64,000 nucleotides of DNA from Anaeramoeba ignava BMAN (Eukaryota; Protista; Anaeramoebae), in contig JAPDFW010000119.1 of the NCBI GenBank assembly GCA_028826165.1, forward strand, positions 105,526 through 169,525. Reading direction: 5' to 3'. Below are positions 26,208 through 38,600 of the stretch, one piece after another. The notes beneath the pieces were generated by a model, which did no database searches, was not told the DNA's origin, and saw nothing but the letters and a program-made list of their open reading frames with translations. Every line of letters begins with the position of its first letter. Positions within the stretch are counted from its first letter, which is position 1. Made by a program: the position numbers and the translations under genes.

Positions 26208-26888
26208 TCTTTAATAATGAAAAAAAATGAAAAAAAATGAAAAAAAAATGAAAAAAAAATTTTTTTCTTTTAAATTATTTTTTAAATCGATTTCTTAAAT
26301 AATAACCAATTAAAAATCCTTTTATTGAACCTATAATTGTATTAATTATTGTTATTTTTGAATTTTCCGATTTAATTTTTGTTAAAAAACCAATTAAAGA
26401 TCCAACTTGAAAATCAAGAAAAATTCTTCCAGTTTTAGAATTACAATTAAAAAAACGAGAACATCCAATAAAAAGTGAAGTAAAAAATATAAAATCAGAA
26501 ATTTCTTTTTTTTCTTTTTTTGATTTAAGAAAAAATTTTGGAAAATTTTGATTTTTTGAAAAATAAATTCCTTCATGAAATCCAATAAAAAATTGTTCTT
26601 TTAAATGATAAGGTTTTGGTTTTTTTAATTGAAATTGAGGTTTTTTATTCTGAAAAACTATATTTTGAGGAAAAATTTGTGAATCAATTTTCTATTTTTT
26701 TATTTTTTTAAATTATTTTAATTTAATAAAGAAATTATTGTAAAAAAATTGTATAACTTTAATTGAAAAATTTGTTGATTTTAAAGAAATTTTTGAATTC
26801 ATTTTTTTTAAAAAGAAAAAACTAAAAAAAAAATAATAAAATTTAATTTTCATTTTTTATTTTTTCATTTTTTTTGTTTTTTAAAAAA

Positions 26889-28665
26889 ATGAATGATTGT
26901 TTATTTTTTGGAAGAAATCAATTTCCAAAATTTTTTAAATTCAAACCATTTAAAATAACAAAACCAATTCAAATTGAAAATGAAAATGAAAATGAAAATG
27001 AAAATGAAAAACAAATTAAACAAATTTCATCAAATGAATATTCAACAATTTTCCTTTTTGAAAATGGAAAAGCAATAGAATATTTTACACCAATTCAACC
27101 TTATTCAAAAAAAACAATACTAAAAGCTAAAACAAAAATCCAAATTGAAGAAAATATTCAAAAAATAACTGTTGGTTCTGAAAATGAAGCTATTTTAACA
27201 TTAGAAAGAAATGTATTTGCCAAAGGAGAAAGGATTAATCCAAAAAATCCAAAAGAATTTATTAATATTTCATCATTAATTGAAGATCCAAATGATAGAA
27301 TAATTCAAGATGTCGTTTCTGGTGCTTATTCAATTTACTTATTAACTTCAAATCAAAATGCTTATGGATTTGGTTCAAATTCTTATGGTCAACTTGGATT
27401 TGATTTTAAAACACTTCCAAAAACAAAAAAACCAATTTTAATGATGAAAAATGTTTCTAAAATATTTTCAGGAATTTCTTCAGTTCATGTTTTTCTTTTA
27501 AATTCAAACCAAGAATTATTTGTATGTGGCAATAATTTTTGTAGTCAACTTGGATTAGGAGAAATCAAAAAAAGAAGAAACACAAATTAGAAAATTAACT
27601 CAAATACAAAATATTCCAAAAGGTAAAATAATTGATATTCAATGTGGAAGTACTTATTCAATAATGTTGATTGAAAATCAAAATCAAAATCCAAAAAGAA
27701 AACTTTATTCATGTGGAAGATATGATTATAATGGACTTGGCAAAACTGAACATACTTATGAATTTACTGAAATCAAATCATCTTTATTTGAAAATGATAA
27801 TATTCTTGAATTTTCTGTTGGATATGATCATGCTTTGATTTTAACAACAAATGGAAAGCTGATAGGATTTGGAAATAATAAATTTGGTCAATTAGGAACT
27901 GGAGATACAAATAATCAATCAATTCCAATTCAAATTGAACTTCCTAAATTAAGATTTAATGAAGAAATTTCTAATTATCATCTTTCTTGTGGATTTTTCA
28001 AATCATTTCTTTATTACTCTCCTTTTCTTTCTCCTTTTTCTAATCTTGAAGAAGATTTGATAAAATTATTTAGAAGAAAAGAATTTTGTGATATTTCATT
28101 TAAAACCGAAAATGGAGAAATAATTGAAGCTCATAAGTTAATATTGAAATATAGATTAAATCAAAATCAAAATCTTAAAGAAATTATTTCAACTAAATCA
28201 ATTAAAGAATCAAATCAAATATTTGAAATGATTTATTCAAATAAAATAATAAATCCAAAATTATATTCTGAAATTAAAGAAATTATAAATTACAATGAAA
28301 AAATTGAAGAAACAATGAAAAGAATTTATTTAAATGAAAATGAAAAAGATTTTATAATTGAAAGAAAAGAAAAACAATATAAATTTCCTAAATTAATATT
28401 AATAATGAGAAGTGAATTATATCGAGGAATGTTTTTATCTGTAACTGAAGATAAATCTAATAAAGTTACAGATTATAGTGAATTAAGTAATAAATCATTC
28501 CAAATATTTGAATATTGGATTTATTCAAATCAAATTAAAGATGAAATTCAAATTACACAAGAAATCATTAATGAAATTCAAATTGGAATTGATTATTTTC
28601 AATTAAATCAAACAAATCCAAATTTATTTGATTTATTAATTAACAAATTTAATAATCAAAATTAA
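26889..28665 (+). CDS. RCC1-repeat plus tandem BTB protein, paralog 1; frameshift at ~27563
   Basis: GSNSYGQLG, VGYDHALIL, GNNKFGQLGTG; BTB FCDISF..AHKLIL and KDFII..FPKLILIMRSEL. Extra A in ggagaaatca relative to the paralogs. Confidence 0.85.
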
Positions 28666-28907
28666 AATTAAAATTAAAATCAAAATCAAAATTATAATTC
28701 ATTTATAAAATTAAAATTAAAATTAAAATTAAAATCAAAATTAAAATTAAATTTAAATTTAAAATTAAAATCAAAATTAAATTTAAAATTAAAAATAAAA
28801 TTAAAATTAAAATTAAAATTAAAATTAAAATTAAAATTAAAATTCATTTTTTCATTTTTTCATTTTTTTCATTTTTTTCATTTTTTTCATTTTTCTATAA
28901 AAAAAAA

Positions 28908-30032
28908 ATGCAAGAAGATACAGAATCTATTGTAATAGATAATGGATCAGGAATAATAAAAACAGGATTTGGAGGAGAAGAAGCACCAAAATCAATATTT
29001 TCAACAATAATCGGAACACCAAAACACGAAGAAATCATAAAAGAAAAGCAAAAGAAAAAAATATACATTGGAGAAGAAGCACAAAAAGAAAGAGGATTTT
29101 TAAGTCTTGAATATCCAATAGAAAATGGAATAGTGAAAAATTGGGAAAATATGGAAAAAATATGGAATCAAATATTTGAGAAAGAACTCAAAATAAAACC
29201 TGAAGAATATTCTGTTTTAATAAATGAACCCCCATTGAATCCAAAAGGAAATCGGGAAAAAATGATGGAAATTATGTTTGAAAAATTTAACGTTCGAAAA
29301 TTTTATGTTTCGAATTCGGGAAATTTAACAGCAATTTCATCAGGAAAAAATGCAGCTATTAATGTTGAAATGGGAGACGGAGTTTTTTCAACTGTTCCTG
29401 TTTTTGGAGATTATACTTTGACTCATGCAATAAAAAGAATTAATTTTGGAGGAAGGGATCTAACTGATTATTTGACAAGAATTTTAACTGAAAACGATTA
29501 TTATTTTGAAACTTCAGGCGAAAAGGAATTTGTTAGAGAAATTAAAGAAGAATTATGTTATGTTGCTTTGGATTTTGAAAAGGAAATGCAAATTGCAAAT
29601 GAATCCAATGATATTGAGAAAACTTATGATTTGCCTGATGGCAATTCTATTAATATTGGCAATCAAAGATTTAGATGTCCTGAAGTTTTATTTAATCGAG
29701 AATATTTTTCAAGAACAAAATCAATCACTCAAATTATTTTTGATTCAATTATGGATTGTGATTCTTCTCTTAGAAAAACTTTTTTTGAAAATATTGTTCT
29801 TTCTGGTGGGAATTCAATGTTTCCTGGAATGAAAGAAAGAATTCAAAAGGAAATTTCTTTATTAGCTCCTCAAAATGTTAATGTTAATGTTATTGCTCTT
29901 CCTGAAAGAAAGTTTTTAAATTGGATTGGTGGTTCTATTTTGGTTTCTCTTGATGATTTTAAAAATAATTGGATTTCCAAAAAAGAATTTGATGAATTTG
30001 GGCATTTAATTGTTCATAAAAAATGTTTTTGA
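28908..30032 (+). CDS. Divergent actin / actin-related protein, intronless
   Basis: VIDNGSGIIKTGFGGEEAP, YPIENG, EPPLNPKGNREKM, GGRDLTDYL, NIVLSGGNSMFPG, WIGGSIL, IVHKKCF. Confidence 0.93.
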   Translation: MQEDTESIVIDNGSGIIKTGFGGEEAPKSIFSTIIGTPKHEEIIKEKQKKKIYIGEEAQKERGFLSLEYPIENGIVKNWENMEKIWNQIFEKELKIKPEEYSVLINEPPLNPKGNREKMMEIMFEKFNVRKFYVSNSGNLTAISSGKNAAINVEMGDGVFSTVPVFGDYTLTHAIKRINFGGRDLTDYLTRILTENDYYFETSGEKEFVREIKEELCYVALDFEKEMQIANESNDIEKTYDLPDGNSINIGNQRFRCPEVLFNREYFSRTKSITQIIFDSIMDCDSSLRKTFFENIVLSGGNSMFPGMKERIQKEISLLAPQNVNVNVIALPERKFLNWIGGSILVSLDDFKNNWISKKEFDEFGHLIVHKKCF

Positions 30033-30307
30033 GTCAATTCAATTCAATTCAATTCAATTTAATTCAATTTAATTTAAAATTAAAATTAAAATCAATTTAA
30101 AATTAAAATTAAAATTAAAATTAAAATTAAAATTCAATTAAAATCAAAATTCAATTCAATATTAAAATTAAAATTAAAATTAATAATTAAAATTAATAAT
30201 TAATTTAAAATTAAAATTAATTTAAAATTTGTTTTTTTCATTCATTTATTAAAATGAAAAAAATTAAAAGAAAAAGAAAAAGAAAAAGAAAAAGAATTTT
30301 CATTGTT

Positions 30308-32179
30308 TCATTTTTGTTTCATTTTACGTTTTAAATTAGCCATTTTCTCTTGAATTTGAACAAATTTTTCCCATAAAACCAAAATTCCACGTTCAAAAGC
30401 AAATTGAGACATAGCATAATCAAGAAATAAATTTTGGAAATCCTGTTGACTTTTATACTCAAATCCTTGAATTTCCTTTATCAAAACAGCGCACACTTGG
30501 TTGTACTTATCCTTAATCAGATCAAGACTTTTCTCAATTTTAACCAAATCTTCTTGGGCTTTTTCTTCTTTAACTCCTTGACCCGATAATTTTTGGAATT
30601 TTGTCTTTTTGCTTTCAAACTCTTTTGTGAGCTTGAGATACTGACTCAACAGCTTATCATAATAACTAAAGGCAGGTTTGCATCCGTCGTTTTGGCGCTT
30701 AAACTCGGCAATTTGCTCCTCAACAACCGTTCTTTCTTGATTCGAACGCTCGAGCAAAAGCGAGGCCACAAAAGAAATTGTTTCCGTAAAAGAAATCCAG
30801 AAAGTGTCTATCTTCTCATTGGAGGAGAGTCGCTCAATCACGCTCAAAAGACTGTCTGGAAATTGTTGATAAGATGTCCCGAATCCACTTTTAATTTCCG
30901 TTAGATTATTCATCATTTTGATAAGTTTGTCGGTTGACTTTTCCAAAGTCGAAAATTCTTTTTGCTTCTTGCTGATGTATTCAGCATCCACACTTGGGTT
31001 CTCGCCAATATAAACCTTGATCCATTTATGGAACTCTTCCTCTTCGTCCACATTTCGTTCCACTTTTCCCTTCCCGTATTTTTGTTTCTGAAGAAACACG
31101 GAGTCCTCAGTTTGGAAAAAAAGACTCACACATTTTGAATAAGGGAGAACAGAATGATTCGAGATGCGCACAAGAAACCTCTCCAACAAAACACGAAGAG
31201 ACTCGGGAATGTTTTCTTTGAATTGCTTTCTACTGATGTTATCGGGGATAACTGGGATGATAAACTCAGGCGCTTCCGCTCGAAGATTTGCCATCAACCA
31301 GATGAAATCTTCGTATTCTCTCTCAAGGAAATGTCCCATCCCAGTCTTTGTGTCTCGATACTTAACTCGATACACAACTTTATCCTTTTTTCCCTTTTTA
31401 ATTCTTTGTCCCTTTTCAAGTGATATCGAAAAATATGGTCCCTTGTTTTCTTTGTTTTCTAATGCCTCAGTCAAAAATGTGTCCTTGAATTCATCGTCTT
31501 CAGAATCCGAAGACAAAGACTCCACTTTCGGTTTTTCTTTTTCTTCTTGTTTTTCTTTTGGTTTTGTTTCTTTTGTTTCTTCCTTTTTTTTGTCTTTTTT
31601 TTTGACATTTTTTTTCGGTTGTTTTGTTTTGCTTTTTTTATCTGTTTTTTTGATACTTTCTTGCTTCGTTTTCTGTTCCACGAGATCTGTGCTTTTTTGT
31701 TCGTTGTTGCTTATCTTGGTTTTTGTTTCTTGTTTTTCCGATTTTTTAGTTTCGTTTATTTGCAGATTTTCAGTTTTTTCTTCAATTTTTTTTTCAGAAA
31801 TTTCAACATCTTTTTTTATTTCTTCATTTTGGATTTGTTTTGAATCATCTGATTCTACTTGATTAAAAGGTTCTTTTTGGATATTTTCAATTTGGTCTTC
31901 TTTATCTGATTGAGAAGTTGAAAAAGTGTTTGTATTAGTGTCAGTGTCAGTGTCAGTGTCACTGTAACTAGAAGAACGACTTCTACTTTGACTTTGACTT
32001 CTGCTACTTTTACTTTGACTTTTACTTCTACTTTTACTTTGACTTTTACTTTGACTTTTACTTTGACTTTTACTTTGACTTTTACTTTGTTTTTTAATTT
32101 GCTTTTCAATTTTATCATCTTCTGAATCTGAAGATGTAAGTGCCAAATCTAAATTTTCTCCACTATCTTCTGATGACAT
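30308..32179 (-). CDS. Sorting nexin (PX-BAR) with long Ser/Lys/Glu-rich N-terminus
   Basis: PX motifs VVYRV..EREYEDFIWL..PEFIIPVIP..LERFLVRISNHSVL, followed by a helical BAR-like region ending LWEKF. Confidence 0.85.
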   Translation of the reverse strand: MSSEDSGENLDLALTSSDSEDDKIEKQIKKQSKSQSKSQSKSQSKSQSKSRSKSQSKSSRSQSQSRSRSSSYSDTDTDTDTNTNTFSTSQSDKEDQIENIQKEPFNQVESDDSKQIQNEEIKKDVEISEKKIEEKTENLQINETKKSEKQETKTKISNNEQKSTDLVEQKTKQESIKKTDKKSKTKQPKKNVKKKDKKKEETKETKPKEKQEEKEKPKVESLSSDSEDDEFKDTFLTEALENKENKGPYFSISLEKGQRIKKGKKDKVVYRVKYRDTKTGMGHFLEREYEDFIWLMANLRAEAPEFIIPVIPDNISRKQFKENIPESLRVLLERFLVRISNHSVLPYSKCVSLFFQTEDSVFLQKQKYGKGKVERNVDEEEEFHKWIKVYIGENPSVDAEYISKKQKEFSTLEKSTDKLIKMMNNLTEIKSGFGTSYQQFPDSLLSVIERLSSNEKIDTFWISFTETISFVASLLLERSNQERTVVEEQIAEFKRQNDGCKPAFSYYDKLLSQYLKLTKEFESKKTKFQKLSGQGVKEEKAQEDLVKIEKSLDLIKDKYNQVCAVLIKEIQGFEYKSQQDFQNLFLDYAMSQFAFERGILVLWEKFVQIQEKMANLKRKMKQK

Positions 32180-32292
32180 TAATATTTATTATTATTGGAA
32201 AAAAAAAGAGAAAAAAAAAAGAAAAAATGAAAAAATGAAAAAACTTTTTTTCATTTTTTTTCTTCATTTCTTTTTATTTTTGTTTTGAAAAA
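32180..32292. promoter_or_regulatory. Putative 113-bp bidirectional promoter with back-to-back TCATT (Inr-like) motifs
   Basis: Lies between divergent ATGs at 32179 (-) and 32293 (+). Left half aaaaaatgaaaaaatgaaaa, right half tttttcatttttt..ttcattt. Confidence 0.55.
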
Positions 32293-33372
32293 ATGAATTT
32301 AAATAATTGGACAATTTTAAAAACAAATAATGAAAAAATTGCGAATAAAATTGAAAATAAATTATCAGCTTTTGAAAAAATTGGAAAAGGAAATCAACTT
32401 TCAGAAGAAAATGATAATTTTGAAAATTCTTTTATTGATGATTCCTTTGATAATCTTTCTATTTTAGAATCTGGAGAAAAACCTTTGCTTAATAATAATG
32501 AAAGAGCCAAGAATCTTTTAACTCAACAAATTGAAGATTTATTTAATCAAGTTTTAAAATTAAAAATTTAAAATTAAAATTAAAATTAAAATATTTTTTT
32601 TTAGTTTAATCAAAATTTACAAAATATGAAAAAAATACAAAAAAGAGATTCATCTCTTGTTTTAAAAGGAATTATTGAAAGAAATGAAACAAGATTACAT
32701 GATTTAATGTTAGAATTTAGAAAATTAAAAGTAAAAAATTAAAATTAAAAATTAAAATTAAAAATTAAAAATTAAAATTCATTTATAAAATTATAATAGC
32801 AAAGAATTTCCGAATTTCAAGAACGCTCAGATTTACTTGATTCAGTGAGAAATGATATTAAGTATTTATGAAAAAAAAAAAAATAAAACTTTATTATAAA
32901 TAAATTTAAATTTACTGATTAAAAAATTTGAAAATAAAAGACAATATAAAAAATCAAATAAAAATTTAACAACAACAGATCTTTTACTGAGAGAAAGAAA
33001 TTCATTAGATCAAACAGATCAAACATTATCAAATGTTTTAAAGTAATTTAATAAAAAAAAAAACGAAAATTAATGAAATTTTATTTTAAAAAAAAAAATT
33101 TTTTTTTGTTCCACTTTTTTCCGTTATTTTTCCGTTTTTTTTTTTTTGCTTTTTTTAATAGTTTGGCTAATTCAACAGATCAAAAAGTTAATGAACAAGG
33201 AAATCGATTTCAAGGAATTGGAGGAAAAGTTCAAAATGTTTCAGGTTTAATGCCTGGAATTAGTAATCTTTTAACTGCAATTAAAACTAGAAAAAATCTT
33301 AATGCTGTTATTCTTGGAGTCATAATTGGAATTTGTTTATGCATTTTATTTTGGTTTTGGTGGAGAAAATAA
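32293..33372 (+). CDS. GOSR1: Golgi Qb-SNARE (Gos1/GS28), multi-exon
   Basis: N-terminal W..IENKLSAF; exons ERSDLLDSVRNDI and DLLLRERNSLD; SNARE end MPGISNLLTAIKTRKNLNAVILGVIIGICLCILFWFWW tail anchor. Confidence 0.85.
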
Positions 33373-33458
33373 ACATTTTTTTTATTCAAAAATTATTTTT
33401 TTTTTCAAAATTTTTTTTTCATTTTTTTCATTTCTTTTTTTTTTAAAATTTAAATTCC

Positions 33459-35492
33459 ATGTTGTGTGTTCATTGTGGTCATCCAATAACACAAACTTAT
33501 AGAAAATTTCAAGGCGGACAAATTCGTTTAAATATTTGTGTAAAAACATTAACCCAAAATTGATATCATTTTGACAATTAAAATTTTCAAAATTTTTTTT
33601 GCATTAAAAATTTTTAAATTATCATCAAAATAAAAAAATTCAAAAGCCACATTGTCATCATCGCGCAGATGAATATATTGAACTTGATAATGTTGTTAAA
33701 TTCCTTGATTTAATTCTTCTTAAGAAAGAAGTTTATCGTCACATTTTATTCAATCATTTTGATTATCAAGATAAATTTATTCAAGTTAAAAATTAATTGA
33801 AAAAAAAAACAAAAAAAAATTTATACAAAAAAAAAGGATTTTTAACAGAAAAAAAAAACAAAATGTGTTTATAAAATGGAACAGAAAATAATAATACAAT
33901 TAGCTATTGTAATGATACTATTCATAACATATTCAAAAATGGTATTTGATCAAAGAAGTGAAGATTGTTCAATTCTTTATAATGAATGTGATAATGCAAT
34001 TAAAATTTTTTCAAGAAAAGTCAAAGACAAATTATTTTATTTTATTCTAGAATCTGCAGTAGAAATGATTGCTTATATTACAGGAATTCTTTTTGCAATT
34101 AGAATTTATTTGTTTTTATTCTTTAGAAATATTATACTTTTTAAGTAATTTAATTTAATTTTTATTTTATTTTATTTAAAATTTTTAAATTTTAATTTCT
34201 TTTTTTTTTTCTTTTAGATATAATTATGTTGTGATTGCTTTGATTTTTTCTTCATTTGGCCAATTATTTTTGATTTTACCAATGATTTGGAATTATAATA
34301 TTAATTTCTTTAAAATTATTGATTATTTTGTTATAATTTCGAATATTGTTGCTATTTGTGGTATATTTCAATTTAATTTAATTCAATTTAATTCAATAAT
34401 TTAATTTAATTTGATTTAATTTTTTATTTAATATTTTATTTAATATTTAATTTAATATTTAATTTGATATTTATTTAGTTTGATTTAATTTAATATTTAA
34501 TATTTGATTTAATATTTGATATTTAATATTTGATTTAATATTTAATTTAATATTTGATTTAATATTTAATTTAATTTTTGATTTAATATTTAATATTTAA
34601 TATTTAATTCAATATTTGATTTAATTTAATATTTAATTTAATATTTAATATTTAATTTAATTTGATTTAATTTGATTTAATTTTGATTTAATATTTTGAT
34701 TTAATATTTGATTTAATATTTAATTTAATATTTAATTTTATTTAATTTAATTTGATTTAATATTTGATTTAATATTTGATTTAATTTAATATTTAATTTG
34801 ATTTAATTTAATATTTAATTCAATATTTGATTTAATATTTAATATTTGATTTAATATTTAATTTAATATTTGATTTGATTTGATTTAATATTTAATTTAA
34901 TATTTAATTTGATTTGATTTAATATTTAATTTAATATTTAATATTTGATTTAATATTTAATAATTTGATTTGATTTAATATTTAATTTGATATTTGATTT
35001 GATTTGATTTAATATTTAATTTAATATTTAATTTAATTTAATATTTAATTTAATATTTGATTTAATATTTAATTTGATTTAATATTTAATTTGATTTAAT
35101 ATTTAATTTAATATTTGATTTAATATTTGATTTAATATTTGATTTAATATTTGATTTAATATTTGATTTAATATTTAATTTAATATTTAATATTTAATTT
35201 AATTTGATTTAATATTTAATATTTGATTTAATATTTAATATTTAATATTTAATATTTAATATTTGATTTGATATTTGATTTAATATTTGATTTGATTTAA
35301 TATTTAATATTTAATATTTAATATTTAATTTGATTTAATTTAGTGGTGGTTGAAGCAAACTTTCTAAAATCTGGTTTAATTGTTATGTTTGGATTGCTTT
35401 TCAAATATTTTAGTTCGAAATATTCAATAAATTGGTTAGCAAATAATTTTGGAATTTTTGGCTCTATTCCAACTTCAGAGATTAATTTTTAA
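33459..35492 (+). CDS. ARV1: ARV1 sterol/GPI homeostasis membrane protein, 5 exons
   Basis: MLCVHCGHPI..YRKFQGGQIRLNIC / PHCHHRADEYIELD..LDLILLKKEVYRHILFN (ARV1 homology domain), followed by TM exons including FGQLFLILPMIWNY. Confidence 0.88.
34361..35343. repeat. TTTAA/TTTGA/TTTAATA mosaic repeat filling the last ARV1 intron
   Basis: Seen directly; bounded by GT and AG. Confidence 0.85.
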
Positions 35493-35672
35493 AACGGAAA
35501 AAAAAAGAAGAACAAAAAAATAATAAAACAAAACAATTTTCTTTTTTTTTTTTCTTAATTTTTTTTCTTACTTTTTTTTTTTAAATAAAAATAATAAAAA
35601 AAAATTTTTTTTAATTTAAAAAAATCTTTTTCATTTTTTTTTTCATTTTTTTTTTTTCATTTTTTTAAATTA

Positions 35673-38600
35673 ATGGAAACAGATCGTAAAGGAGCTTGGG
35701 GAGAATTAGTTTCTCTCACAAAAAAACACCCAAATTTTCTTTTGAAAGGAGATGATCCAAGTAAATTTTATAAAAATGAAAAGATAAAATAAAAAAAATT
35801 AAATTAAATTGAATTGAAATTGAAATTGAAATTGAATTGAAATTGAAATTGAAATTGAATTGAAATTGAAATTGAAATTTTAAATTGATTTTTTTTATTA
35901 AGATTTTAAATTAATTTTAATTATAATTTAAATTTTAATTCAAATTGTTTTTTTATTTTAATAATAATTATTTGAAAAAATTAAAAATAACTTATAAGAT
36001 CAAATAACTTTTATTATTAAATTATTTTTTTTGGAATTATTTGCCTTCTTATTTAATTTTAAATATGGATTTACAAATTTTTTGCTTTTTTTTTTTAAAA
36101 ATCATTTATTGAATTTAATATTAATTTTAATTTTAATTTTAAATTTTAAATTTAAATTTTAATTTTAATTTTAATTTTAATTTTAATTTTAATTTTAATA
36201 TTAATATTAATTTTAATTTTAATTTTAATTTTAATATTAATTTTAATTTTAATTTTAATTTTAATTTTAATTTTAATTTTAAACATTATTAATATTAAAT
36301 TTTAATTTTAAATTTAATTTAAATTTAAATTTAATTTTAATTTTAATTTTAATTTTAATTTTAATTTAATTTTAATATTAATTTTAATTTTAATTTTGAT
36401 TTTAATTTTAATTTTAATATTAATTTTAATTTTAATTTTAATATTAATTTTAATATTAATATTAATTTTAATTTTGATTTTAATTTTAATATTAATTATA
36501 ACTTTAATATTAATTTCTTTTTTATAGTTACGATTGGAAGATTAAAAACTTGTTCATTTCGTATAAAAGATAGAAAAATGAGTGGAGTTCATTGTTCAAT
36601 CCAAAGAGTTAAAAATGAAAGTAATGATTTAACTCCTTATAATGTTGTGATTAAAGATTTATCAGCAAATGGAACTTTTATTAATGGACAAGTAATTAAT
36701 TTTAATTTTAATATTAATATTAATATTAATTCTAATTTTAATTTTAATTTTAATTTTAAATGAATTTTAATTTTTAATTTTAATTTTAAATTTTAATTTT
36801 AATTATAATTTTAATATTAATTTTAATTTTAATATTAATTTTAATTTTAATTTTAATTTTAATTTTAAATTTAATTTTAATTTTAATTTTAATTTTAATA
36901 TTAATTTTAATTTTAATTTTAATTTTAAATTTAATTTTAATATTAATTTTAAATGAATTTTAATTTTAATTCTAAATTTAAATTTAATTTTTAATTTTAA
37001 ATTTAATATTAATTTTAATTTTAATTTTGATTTTGATTTTAATTTTAAATTTAATTTTAATTTCGATTTTTAATTTTAATTTTAATTTTAATTTTAATTT
37101 TAATTTTAATTTTAATTTTAATTTTTAATTTTAATTTTAATTTATTTAGAGACTTGGAAAAGGAAATGAAAAAGAATTACTTCATTCATATGAAATTTCT
37201 TTCGTTTTCCCAAGAGGAAGAACTATTGCAGAACCAGGTAAAAAAAAAGCAATTAAATAAAAAAAATTATTGAAAAATTAAAACAAAATTTTTTTTTGCT
37301 TTTAATTTAATAGTTGGAGCATTTAGATTTACTGATTTTGAGATTGTTCCTCCTGATCATATTGAAGATGTTTGAAAATTTTTATCGAATTAAATTTTTA
37401 TTATTTTATCCTAATTTTTAAAAACAAAAAAAAAACAAAATTTAGACAACAATTCTTGAACATTACGAAATTAAACAACAACTTGGAGTGTAAAAATAAA
37501 TTAATAATAAATTAATAAAATAATAATAAATTATTAAAATAATAAATTAATAAATTAATAAATTAATAAATTAATAAATTAATAAATTAATAAATTAATA
37601 AATTAATAAATTAATAAATTAATAAATTAATAAATTAATAAATTAATAAATTAATAAATTAATAAATTAATAAATTAATAAATTAATAAATTAATAAAAT
37701 AAATAAATAAATAAATAAATTATTAAATTATTAAATTAATAAAATAATTAATAAATTAATAAATTAATAAATTAATAATAAATTAATAAATTATAAATTA
37801 TTAAATAAAAAATAAATAATTAATAAATTAATAAATTAATAAATTAATAAATTAATAAATTAATAAATTAATAAATTAATAAAATTAATAAATTAATAAA
37901 TTAATAAATTAATAAATTAATAAATTAATAAATTAATAAATTAATAAATTAATAAATTATTAAATTACTAAATTATTAAATTAATAAAATAATTAATAAA
38001 TTAATAAAATAATAAATTAATAAATTAATAAATAAATAAAATAATAAATTAATAATAAATTAATAAATTAATAAATTAATAAATTAATAAAATAATAATA
38101 AATTATTAAATTATTAAATTATTAAATTAATAAATTAATAATAAATTAATAAATTAATAAATTAATAAATTAATAAATTAATAAATTAATAAATTAATAA
38201 ATTAATAAATTAATAAATTAATAAATTAATAAATTAATAAATTAATAAATTAATAAATTAATAAATTAATAAATTAATAATAAATTAATAAATTATTAAA
38301 TTAATAATAATTAATAAATTAATAAATTAATAAATTAATAAATTAATAAATTAATAAATTATTTAATAAAAAATTAGTGGAAAATTCGCTATTGTTCGAC
38401 TTGGGATTAAAAGAGAAACTGGAGAAAAATTTGCAGTTAAAATTATTGATAAAAAGAAATGTTTTAATGAACAAGTAAAAAAAATCAAAAAATCAAAAAA
38501 TGAATGGAAAAAAAATTAATTGATTTTTTTTGATAATATTTTTTTAGTCAGCTAGAAGTGGAAGAGATAAAATGATGGATGAAGTAAATGTACTTAAAAG

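Noticed and set aside
26280-26700. Higher-complexity patch that could be an exon (KILPVLELQLKKREHPIKSE followed by GT)
   Set aside because: In-frame stop upstream, no start or partner exons found, no recognisable homology; may be a decayed fragment.
30593-31862. + strand ORFs overlapping the sorting nexin (likewise 52410-53092 and short ORFs inside the 13.3-17.2 kb gene)
   Set aside because: Antisense or alternate-frame shadows of K/E-rich coding sequence with no motifs.
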